Assembly: GCA_048772705.1 (NCBI GenBank)
Contig: JBLWGC010000002.1
Coordinates: 186,001-250,000, forward strand
Reading direction: 5' to 3'
DNA from: Leidyana gryllorum EB-2025a
Taxonomy: Eukaryota; Protista; Apicomplexa
DNA length: 64,000 nt
Each line of letters starts with the position of its first letter. Position 1 is the first letter of the stretch. Below are positions 22,939 to 32,978 of this stretch, piece by piece. Position numbers and translations under genes: made by a program. The notes under the pieces were generated by a model, which saw only the letters and a list, made by a program, of their open reading frames with translations, was not told where the DNA came from and made no database searches.

Positions 22939-25346
22939 CTATTGTAACATTGCCAAGGGGTCACGCAATAATTGAGTCAGACCAGCTTGGATAAGATCTG
23001 GGTACATTGAGAGGGATCTAAAGGCTCGCCATTGTTTTCTGAGCTCAATAACTTTGAAGTCAAACTGGTCGGCAGACGCTTCTTGGTGATTCATTAGCCA
23101 TTGGCTGATCTCCTCAATAGACGTACGCAGCTGCCGCCATTCGATCTCATGCCTCAGATCGTCGGCCAAATACTTCTCAAACTGCATTTGTACTTCTCTC
23201 AAACACTTCTCGCACGCGGATTTGGCTCGCAACCGCTCTCTGCGACTGTGGATCTCCCGCCATTTCGGTTCGTCGTCATTGGCGTCACTGTCCGCTAAAA
23301 TCTGACCGACTTCCAATCCACTCGCACGACAACAGCCCGGAACGCGCATAACAACATAATCAGTAAACGTCTGCAGATCGCTCGAGAAAACGAGATGTCC
23401 GTTATCATCGACCACAAACTTTAGTGTAATTTCGGCCACAGTACCCGGACTGAGCTGAGCTTCAAATGCTCCAATTCGCTTTCCAAATGCAACGAACTTC
23501 CTTTCACATTCATAAATAACGATCCGTATTGATCCATCTTTGACGTCCGCTCGCCTCTGCACGACCTTCGACATCCCACACGGTATAGGTGTGTTGCGGG
23601 TCACTATAGGCTCAAACAACCCGTCCTCGTCCCCAATACCGATAGACAAAGGTACAACGCAAACGGGGATAACGTTCCGACCACAGTCCCCCAGTACAGA
23701 TCCCGTCTGGATTGCAGCTCCGCACGCCGCTATCTCCCCAACGGCGAGATGTTTGTCGGCAGAGCGATGACCTGCGGCCGCGGGTGAATGAGCACCAAAG
23801 TCAGATCCGCGATAGGGAGATACAGGGAAAAATGATAGCTTCGTTTGCCTGCCCGCGGGACTGTTCATACATGACGTAGTAGGACTCCGCGCCGTCCAAC
23901 AAGATCTGCCCGTCTCGTCATCACCCCGTCCGAGAGTAAACAGGGATGGTTGCTTCTGTGTTTGGGATCGCACACAAGGAGACCACACCACATCCAGTGT
24001 GGACGGGTTCAGAGGTAAGAGGTTCAAAGTAGTATCGGAGGCAACGGCAAGATCAACCAGGTCGTCCGGAGCCAGTGTGATGCTGAGCTCCTGACTGCTG
24101 AGGTAAGAACGGAGCAATTGCTGGAATTTCGGCATCCGAGCTTCGTGACCAACGATTATTAGATCATCCACTTCGCCTCTGTCAATTTGGGCGTCCTGTA
24201 AGGCCTCGCGCAATAAGGCGAGGCAGCGGCCGTAATTCTTTGTATTCAGCGACTCAAAGGTAGTCCGGCGCAGCGTGCATTGGAACTCGATCCCGTCATC
24301 ACATACCAATATGCGCGCACTGCTGGACTTGCTGAATTGCCGCCGGGCAAGGTCTGCGCGAACCCATAGTTGAGCTAGAGCTCGCCGACTTCGTATTTCG
24401 CATTTCTTCTGCTTGCAGAACTCCGACTCGACGTGTGTTACAATTGCATCGGTGAAATTATCAGCACCCAGATCGTGTTTCCTCACCACACACTCTTCGG
24501 AGACGGCCCCCTCAGCGCTTTTCAGGACGGTTACTTCGGATACTCGAGCTCCGAAATGATATATGACGGTTCTTTTCTCATTCGTCGTCATGGTGTCGCA
24601 GTCACTCCTTCGCCTGACTAATGGGCGTTGAATATTGAGCCCGAACGCTACCCCAACGGCGAAGGATTGTTTAATAACTTGACAGACTCGAAAGCCTGCC
24701 TTTTGAGCAATAATCTCAATGGCTCGAATTGTGAAACCATCAAAGTGGTTTGGTACGACGATAGTGGTCCTAGCGGAGAACCACTTCGAGTGGCGACGGA
24801 GGTACTTTTCGGCGTATGATCGGAGTTCTTGAAGGAATGCGAACGCTGCTTGCGCCGGCTCCATGGGGCAAGATCGTTTCACACCCAGGACGTTCGATAT
24901 AGCCGTCACAGCCGCTGCAAAACGGGCCCATTCCTTCTGAAGTGAAGCATGGTCGTGTTTCTCCCAAGTCTGGCTAATTAGCTCCCCGAAATCACTGATG
25001 CATACATCTGGATGATCTTTGGCAAAGGCACGAGCCCTTTGTCCGTACACAAACTTGGTTCCATTGTATGCTAGATACATTGGAATAACACGGTTGCCAT
25101 ATGGATCAGGTATCACCTCCACACCCCCATCACGAAACACAGCCAAACAGGCGTGCCGATCTCCCCAGTGGAGTCCCAATCGGAAAGCGAGATTGCCACC
25201 TACCCAAACACACACAGGTGGATTGGCGTCAATGATAGATGCACGAGCAAACTCACAAAGCAATCCGTCCTTCACATCGGCAACACCACCTCACGACCAT
25301 CGCAAACACTCACTCACTCACTCACTCACTCACCTTCGGACATCAT
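22939..25346 (-). CDS. Atypical Hsp70-family protein 5 (highly degenerate NBD with ~105-aa insertion; SBD and lid retained)
   Basis: Exon 1 25346-25334 (MMSE), 44-nt intron 25333-25290, then ORF to 22939. VEVIPDPYGNRVIP, VVPNHFD, DLGADNF, PLSIGI, RNTPIP, lid-like ISQWLMNHQEASADQF. Confidence 0.88.
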
Positions 25347-25665
25347 CACCGGACTCACTCAAAGTGCACTAAACTTTCACCCCCAATACGAGTTTGGAAT
25401 CCAAAAATCGAGACAGTGCTGTGGTGGGTAGCGAAGCCGCGCGACTGCGGCAGTTGACATCTGGCGCGAGCGACTGATCGCGGCGCTCGCAATCGGCGCG
25501 TAGGGAAATCTAAGTGTTTTCTGAGAGTTGGATGGACTGTGAGTACATTCCTCAGCAGCGACTCGTTCACACCAACTCATTCTCACTCCATCAATTCAAT
25601 CTTAACAGCTTCCAAGTTCATATACGCCCATTTCTTACACACACAGAGAAACTTACAGATACAGA

Positions 25666-26271
25666 ATGTTCAACTTCAACCAGCGTTTGGGTCGCGGCTC
25701 TGACACCTTTCTGGCAGGCAGTTTTATCCCGCAGGTTGAAGTTCACGAAGACTCCCCCGTTTATATGGTGGACACAGAAGAAGAATGGATGGAGATGAGT
25801 GCCGCCAAGAGAACTGATATGTCTCTTGGTGTATTTGATACCAATTGTCGTCAGCCTTCGACAATGGGCACTTCAAATCTTAGATCAAACACTGGCTTAC
25901 TTTCTGATTGCGACCAAAGAGTCGCGGAAACAGACAGTCAGTTGATTCATGGTCAGGACTCGAACATTATGGGGTCGTGGAAGTGCGCCAGCAGAAATCC
26001 CTCAGATTTCTGTGCGGAAGGTGCCGGCGAGTCGGTGGGCATCTCACTCGCAGAGTGTTTCGCCAAGTTGAGTCCCTCTCGGATAGAGACTGCCTCCGAC
26101 GACGATATGCTTTCCCCCACGATCAGCAGCTACAATCCAAATATTTTCCCGAACACTGAAGAGTACTCTTTGAGCAGAGAACTTGTGCAATGGGATATCG
26201 ACAACCCTTCTTTTTACAAAGCCCTTCCACCCAGCACTCCACCGTGTGGTAAAACCTATCCACACCTTTGA
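25666..26271 (+). CDS. Hypothetical acidic/Ser-rich protein (201 aa)
   Basis: ATG-initiated ORF filling the gap before SRP19; no recognised domain. Confidence 0.5.
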   Translation: MFNFNQRLGRGSDTFLAGSFIPQVEVHEDSPVYMVDTEEEWMEMSAAKRTDMSLGVFDTNCRQPSTMGTSNLRSNTGLLSDCDQRVAETDSQLIHGQDSNIMGSWKCASRNPSDFCAEGAGESVGISLAECFAKLSPSRIETASDDDMLSPTISSYNPNIFPNTEEYSLSRELVQWDIDNPSFYKALPPSTPPCGKTYPHL

Positions 26272-26400
26272 ACCATAAAATTACAAAGAGAAATATAACG
26301 TCCAATTAGTAGACGGCTTGCGTGCTCAGGTAAAAGTGTTGTCGCTCCCTTTGAAGAAGAAAGCAAATAAAAGTACTTGGTTTGAGTATTTGTGGTGACG

Positions 26401-27090
26401 ATGATGAAGGGTGGCTTCAAGCTGGACCAGTCGATGATGGCGGAACTCCAGCGTCAGCTGGGGAGTGGCAATCCGCTGGAGGCGTTGGCTGGAATGGCTA
26501 CTGGAGGCGGCGGTGGTAAGAAGAACCCACTCGCAGCTTTGGCGCCGGATTTGAGCGATTGCAAGGCTCTCCAGACCGCCATGATGCCGGAAATGGCACC
26601 CAGTGTGATCTATGGCCCCAATGTATCAGAGTTAGATGATATCTCCCGATGGACTATTCTATACCCTCAATATATCGATAAGAACAGGTCTCGGAAAGAA
26701 GGTCGTAAAATGGAACGAAGCTTATGTGTACGTGACCCTGAGGTAGGAGAAATGGCCGAGGCGGCCCATGAAATGGGCTTGAGATGTGTTTTGGAGAGAG
26801 ACAAGTGTTACCCACGAGACTTCCTGGTACGAGGAAGAGTTCGAGTTGAAACGAAGGACCCAGAAACTGGCGAGATACTGTACAACAAGACCGCTCTGAT
26901 GGAACTCATGGCGAGTGTCATGCTAAACCTAGAAAGTCGCACTCGACGGCTCGCTGCTGCTGCCGAGGCTGCCGCCAAACTCAAAGAAGCTCAGGAAGCC
27001 GAAGCCAAACAAGCCGCTAAAGCAGCAGCCAAAACGTCTAGTGGCAAAGGCAGCGCGGCCGCTTCCAAGTCCAAGAAAAAGAAGAAATGA
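26401..27090 (+). CDS. SRP19: Signal recognition particle 19 kDa protein
   Basis: RWTILYPQYIDKNRSRKEGRK, CVRDP, KCYPRDFLVRGRVRV, NKTALM, Lys-rich tail; N-terminal extension. Confidence 0.93.
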   Translation: MMKGGFKLDQSMMAELQRQLGSGNPLEALAGMATGGGGGKKNPLAALAPDLSDCKALQTAMMPEMAPSVIYGPNVSELDDISRWTILYPQYIDKNRSRKEGRKMERSLCVRDPEVGEMAEAAHEMGLRCVLERDKCYPRDFLVRGRVRVETKDPETGEILYNKTALMELMASVMLNLESRTRRLAAAAEAAAKLKEAQEAEAKQAAKAAAKTSSGKGSAAASKSKKKKK

Positions 27091-27115
27091 GGGTGTAATT
27101 CGAAAGCATGCGCCT

Positions 27116-27997
27116 ATGACACCGTGCAGCCATGACGAGTCGTTGACGTTATGGGGCGATCTGGTGGAAGCCATGTTAAAACTGAGTCTCGATGGAGGAC
27201 CACCGTCGGTCACTGAGAAGGACAGATGCTCAATCATGTTGTCATTGCTCCACCCCAGCTTCGAGCCCTTATGCCATAGGCCTAGTTACATTGATTCAGT
27301 GATGCGATTGATCAGAGGCAGCTTTATCGTTGATAGAGTGACTAATCGCGGCGAAAGAGGAGACATATTGGACCTGGTGCTCCACATGGTGGAGCACTCC
27401 CCTAGCCGCGAACCCCTTCTCACCGCTATCATACTTTTCACATGCTGGGGGGATCATTGGCATCCAACTTCCATGGAAACACTCATCACACTCGCTCTTG
27501 AAAGACCAAACGACATGGAACTGCAGCTGGCCACCATCCGCCTCACCGAAAAGCTCCTGAAGAGCGACCAGACGCTCAAAGACTCCCTGTCTCCATCGCC
27601 ACACACACAACAATCACTTTTGCAGCATTGGCTAGATCACCTGCACCCTGATAGCGAGGCTCACGAGGCGCTCGACCGCCTCATCTCTAGCTTGAGAGCA
27701 GACCCAGAATCCGTTGAGATCTATCATTCATTCTCAAATGAATCTATCTGCACAGAAACCAGCAGGGTGGCGGAAGAGGTGCCAGACATGCCTGCTGATG
27801 TGGAAGCAGAGGAGCCAGGTGGCTTGGCATCCGGCCTTAAAGCCGCCGATAGCAAGATTGCGGGTTATCAGATAGACGACTTTGTTCCCGAAGCGTTGCG
27901 ACATACTGAGCCAACATCACCCTCTTCCACGCAATTGGTATACAATAGTTCGTATGCAGCTGGGGATTGTCAAGTGATACATCATTGTCAGATCTAA
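27116..27997 (+). CDS. Hypothetical helical (ARM/HEAT-like) protein
   Basis: Long Leu-rich ORF directly after SRP19; first ATG 27116; stop lies 6 nt from the stop of the convergent TGT gene. Confidence 0.55.
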   Translation: MTPCSHDESLTLWGDLVEAMLKLSLDGGPPSVTEKDRCSIMLSLLHPSFEPLCHRPSYIDSVMRLIRGSFIVDRVTNRGERGDILDLVLHMVEHSPSREPLLTAIILFTCWGDHWHPTSMETLITLALERPNDMELQLATIRLTEKLLKSDQTLKDSLSPSPHTQQSLLQHWLDHLHPDSEAHEALDRLISSLRADPESVEIYHSFSNESICTETSRVAEEVPDMPADVEAEEPGGLASGLKAADSKIAGYQIDDFVPEALRHTEPTSPSSTQLVYNSSYAAGDCQVIHHCQI

Positions 27998-28003
27998 TTT
28001 AAA

Positions 28004-29585
28004 TCAGATTCTATTGCCCGCTTTGTGCGGAACGTGATGCGGAGTTTGACCACATCGCGCTTCTTCTTGGGTCCATTGTCTTTCTTTGATATTGTATCCG
28101 GCAAAGACCAGGGCATCTCGGATCCACACCGGAGGATTGTTTTCTGGATAGTACGCAGTGAGAAGGCTTTCCAAGAACTCTTCGAATTTCCCATCTTGAA
28201 TTGCTTGGCGCATAGTGGCGCCAAGGTTGTGCATATATCGCAGATTATGCAATGTTACAGCCGCGAGGGCCGATGGTTGCTGCAGAGAGATATCGTTGGA
28301 GAGGAAATGTGTCAGAAGATGTCATACCTTGCCGATTACCCTATGGAAGTAGGCACGTGTGAAGGATTTGCACGAATCACAATCACAGTTTGGATCGATT
28401 GGGCTCATATCAGTCGCATATTTGTTCAATTTGAGCCTCACGATTCCTGTGCGGGAGTGAAGAATGGAACGATAGAAGTTATATTGACTTGCTCACCTTG
28501 ACTAGTTAAGGCTGACCCAAAGCGGGCTGTGCGTGTGGGATAGACACAATCGAAGAGGTCGCATCCGAGAGCGACACACACTGCGATATCCACAGGATAG
28601 CCGACTCCCATCAGATAGCGACTCTTTTGAACTGGAAGACCTTCGCCGTTCTGACGCGCGCACTGCGGATAGGACAGTTGGGGAACGAAGACTTGTTAGG
28701 TGACTCACCAATTCGACCATGCGCCAGAAATCATCTTTAGCTTCACCCCCACTGAGACCTCCGATGGCATAGCCCGGCGTGTCGCGCTCGATGAGCTGTT
28801 TCAAGGATTGTTTTCGAAGATCCTCGTGAAGGCCTCCTTGAATGATAGCCCAGAGATGTTGTCGTTCGGGATGTTTGTGCGCCTTGATGCATCTGTCCAA
28901 CCATCTGGTGGTTCTGTGGACAGCCTCCTCTACTCTGTCTTTGTTGGGCTCAACAGCGCTGACCACATCATCCAATGCCATCATTACGTCAGCGCCGATC
29001 GAATTCTGTGAAAGGTGGTGCGATTAGTGGATGGATGGTGTTGGGGCGACGCCGTGCGTACCTGAACGCGCATTGACTGTTCTGGTGTGAGGAGAGCTCG
29101 CTCTCCTGTGACGGGGTGTTGGAATTCTACGCCCTCCTCTGTGATTTCCGCGAGGGACAGAAGGGAAACCATTTGGAAGCCACCGCTGTCGGTTAAGAGG
29201 TTATATTTCCAGCCCTCCATGCCGTGGAGTCCGCCAGTCTTCCCGAGGACAGTGGTGCCTGGGCGGTTTCCGAGGTGATAGGTGTTGCCGAGGATCATTC
29301 GGGCTCCCAATAGCTCCATCTGAGTGGGTGATGGCGGTGAAGGTGTGTTTTCTGACTCACCACTTCGGAGGGGATCATCTTGATGCTACCGTAGGTGCCT
29401 ACAGGCATGAAGGCCGGTGTCTCAACTTCGCCATGTGGGAGGGTAAGTACGCCTCTGCGAGCTCTGTTGTTGGTACATATGAGATGATAGGGTGAGGTGC
29501 TGCCTTTTTGACGTTTGAGCGGAGGAGCTTGGATACGACTTGGCGGGACTTGTTGCTCGTCCTCCTTCTCTCGTTGGCGCTTCAT
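28004..29585 (-). CDS. QTRT1: Queuine tRNA-ribosyltransferase catalytic subunit (multi-exon)
   Basis: [74 protein letters not shown] zinc site, HNL. Five short introns restore frame (e.g. 29360-29320, 29061-29006). Confidence 0.96.
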
Positions 29586-29606
29586 TTATGTTGTTTTTTG
29601 GAGGCG

Positions 29607-29988
29607 CTATTGCCGTGTTTCATGTAGGAGGATGCACTTGCGCAGTATGTTATCAGGGAGGTTCTCTATGGAGACCAGTGTGGGTTCTGAAGCGCCGCCT
29701 TGGGTGGAGGGCGTGAGGAGAGGCGGTGCATCTGGAACGATCATTTTAAGTCCTTTGTCGATGGCCTGAAACCGCTCTTTGGCGTCTGCAGCTTCGGTTT
29801 CTAGAGGCTGCAAGTATCGTTGTGCCTGTGTGATGAGAACAAGACGAGTGTAGGTCGCTCGATGATTGTGCGGACGTACGTACAAGTACGAGTTGTCTCT
29901 CTAATGACGTTTTCTGTGCCCTCAATTGGGCCACCTCTCGCGCCAATTCAATGTTGGGTCCGTCGTGGGTCCTGTTGCAAAAGGTCAT
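29607..29988 (-). CDS. Small coiled-coil hypothetical protein (2 exons)
   Basis: Intron 29883-29826 (gtacgt..cacag) joins LAREVAQLRAQKTSLERQLVL to AQRYLQPLETEAADAKERF in frame. Confidence 0.6.
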
Positions 29989-30356
29989 TGTTGTTGTTGT
30001 TGTTTCATTGAATTCCTCTAGTTGCTTCGTCGAGCGGAAGCCGACCGAGCTCGAGGACGAGTCGTGGTAACAAAACTGAGCAGAGTCCTGGTGAGTGACC
30101 GGGGGGGGGTTATACTTGTCAATCCCGAACGAAGCTCACCTTACCTATCGGCTGTCTCATCCTGGGCGCTCTGGGAGGCTCCCCAGCCCCTTGAGACCTC
30201 GGCTGGAAAGGCACCACATCGGGTTTGCCCCCAAAATCGCTCTTGCAATCGTCGGAGTTTGTCACGCATTTGTAGTCTGGGGGGGAGGAAGGGTGTCTGA
30301 CTATATCGGTAAAAAGCAATCTCTGTGTGGTTAACAAAATACTAAAAGCGCCTGTG

Positions 30357-30851
30357 TCACCCTTTGTGTCTTGATGATGAAAGGGCAGGGCTTGGCCGAC
30401 TTGGCAGTCGGATCACCCTTCTTTGTGACTGAGGTCGGATGATCCAGTTGGTATTGCTGCTGTGAGGCTGAATCATTGGGCTATTGCTGTTGCTGTTGCT
30501 ATTGTCGTGCGACAGAGTGCGCCACCACCGTTTCAGTCGTGAAGCGCTGTGGGGGACGCTTGGCGTATCGTGATCAGCATTGTCGGACCGGCGGAGAATT
30601 CCCAGTATCAACAGACCCAAAAGGCAGACGTATCCGTACAAGCTGAGTGTTGCCACCGTCGACATGAAGCGTCCGCCTACTGTGTCATCAGGACCCGCTT
30701 TGGGACGGTGCAACGCAAGTAGAATCTGCTGTATCATCAAAGACAATAGGACTGCTATCCCTAAAACTGCGATCAACGCTTGGTAGCTGGCAAATGTCAC
30801 TATTGGCTTTCCATCAACACAGATTGTGATCTCTCCACGACCTCTCGCCAT
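30357..30851 (-). CDS. Hypothetical two-TM membrane protein
   Basis: Two hydrophobic spans (ALIAVLGIAVLLSLMI; LYGYVCLLGLLILGIL); ATG at 30851. Confidence 0.55.
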   Translation of the reverse strand: MARGRGEITICVDGKPIVTFASYQALIAVLGIAVLLSLMIQQILLALHRPKAGPDDTVGGRFMSTVATLSLYGYVCLLGLLILGILRRSDNADHDTPSVPHSASRLKRWWRTLSHDNSNSNSNSPMIQPHSSNTNWIIRPQSQRRVIRLPSRPSPALSSSRHKG

Positions 30852-31011
30852 CGTGTGTTCCGCGTGGAAACCGAAAACCCTAGTTCCCAAAACCAACTTT
30901 TGACCAGAAACACTTGGCCCACGCCTTTGCCGGCCGACTAATGGCCAAAGTCATCCACACCTTCGCTCACTTGGCCACTAAATGTCCAAAAATTATTAGT
31001 ACAACCTATTC

Positions 31012-32850
31012 ATGACCAAGGAAGCTGCTCAGCAGTACAAAGCCCAAGGCAACACGGCCTTCCAGGTGCGTGCGTTCCTCCCAAAACTAAAGTTAGTCAT
31101 CACATCTTCCTCCTACACAGGCCCAACGCTACGAGGAGGCAGTAGACCTCTTTTCAAAAGCTATTGCCGAGGACCCCACCGATCATGTCCTCTACTCCAA
31201 CCGGTCTGGTGCTTATGCATCAATGAAGGACTACACCAACGCCTTGGAAGATGCCAACAAGTGTATAGAACTCAAACCGGACTGGCCCAAAGGCTACAGT
31301 CGTAAAGGATTGGCAGAACACAACTTGGGACACACACTCGAAGCCATTGAAGCCTACGAGGCTGGCCTCAAGTTGGACCCCAACAACGCCGCACTCAAAG
31401 ACGGCCTCGATAGCGCCAAGGCGGCGGGCAGCAGCTGGGCCCAAACCGCCCAGATGGAGATGGCCATCATGGCCAGCTTGTCGCAAGACCCAAAGTTCGC
31501 CAAATACATCCAAGAGGACCCGGAATACGTTCGCAAACTGCTGGGCATCTTCAAACAGATCAGTGGCGCTGCCGGTCAACCTTCCAATGTCGGTCTTTTG
31601 CAGGAAGCCTTCGCTATGGCTCCTCCACGGATCAAGGAGGGCCTCAGCAAACTGATGGGCATCCCCACCGACCCCTCTGACGACTTCCCTGCGCCTCCTC
31701 CTCCTCCCCAACCAACCGCCTCGGCTAAACCCCAGCAGCCAGCGGCGGCGCCTGAGCCCGAAAAACCGAGCGAAGAGAAGCAGGCTGAGGAGTTCAAGCG
31801 TCAAGGCAACAAGGCATACACCGAGAAGAAATTCGAGGAGGCTCTGGCCCTCTACGACAAGGCCCTGGAGCTCTGTCCCACCGAGATCCTCTACGTCAAC
31901 AACAAGGCAGCCGTGTACCTTGAAATGGGTGACTACGACCAGTGCATCAAGACCTGCGAGGAGGCTTTGGAGCTCCCGCGCGCAGGCGAGACTGCCTTCA
32001 GCAAAGTCGCCAAAGTATACGCTCGCATGGCCGGCTGCTATCGCAGACAGCGCAAGTACGACGAGGCCATCAAGATGTACCAAAAGGCTTTGACTGAAGA
32101 CTCAGACCGTCACATCAGAGCCGCACTTAGAGAGTGTGAACGGGAGTTCGAAAAGTGGCAAGCCGAACAATACATGAATCCCGAACTCGCCGAGGAGGTA
32201 AGTGTGTGCTATCGTGTGTGTGTAATAGGAGACGTCGATTTCTTTAGTTGAGATTGAAGGGTAATGAGCAATTCAAGAATAAGGACTACCCGGCGGCCAA
32301 GCAGACTTATGATGATGCGATCAAGAGGAATCCCAAGGACGCTCGTTTGTACGGGAACCGTGCTGCGGCTTACATGCAGTTGTTAGAGTTCCCAAGCGCT
32401 TTGAGAGATGCTGAGAAGGCTCTGGAGTTGGATCCCAAGTTCGTTAAGGCTTGGGCCCGCAAGGGAACCTGTCACTTGAAAATGAGAGATCACAACAAGG
32501 CTCTGACAGCTTATCAGGAGGGTTTGAAGATAGACCCCGACAACGAGGAGTGCAGGAATGGAATGAATATGACCCTGATGGCGGTCCAGCAGATGCAGCG
32601 AAGCAGTGAGGCCGATCCTGAGCAAATCGAGCGTGCTATGGTGAGTGTGTTGGTGTGTGTGAAGGTTTAAGATTGATTGAATTGTCAGGCCGATCCGGAG
32701 ATCCAGCAGATACTGTCTGATCCTCAATTCCGACTGATTCTGGAGCAGTTGCAGCAGGATCCAAGTCGGTTGACCGAGTTTGCTCGTGATCCAAAGATTG
32801 CGGCGGGTATTCAAAAGTTGATGGTAGCTGGAATTCTGCGTACAGCTTAG
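31012..32850 (+). CDS. STI1: Hsp70/Hsp90 organising protein (TPR1-DP1-TPR2A-TPR2B-DP2)
   Basis: [63 protein letters not shown]; introns 31066-31120, 32198-32247, 32641-32688. Confidence 0.96.
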
Positions 32851-32978
32851 ATGGCGACAATTGAGTTTTACGCCAATAAACATATGCAATTTGGGTGGTG
32901 TGCGACTTTACATGCACTGTTCCTCAATCACAGTCAAGGGGCAGCGAGTGTGGTGCAGTCTGTCGATTACTCTGCTCC

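Noticed and set aside
23738-24055. Intein in Hsp70-like gene 5
   Set aside because: No intein block motifs or terminal His-Asn; low-complexity Ser/Pro composition.
15500-25346. Bacterial dnaK/hscA/hscC operon or contamination
   Set aside because: Spliceosomal intron in gene 5, eukaryotic flanking genes, and no dnaJ/grpE.
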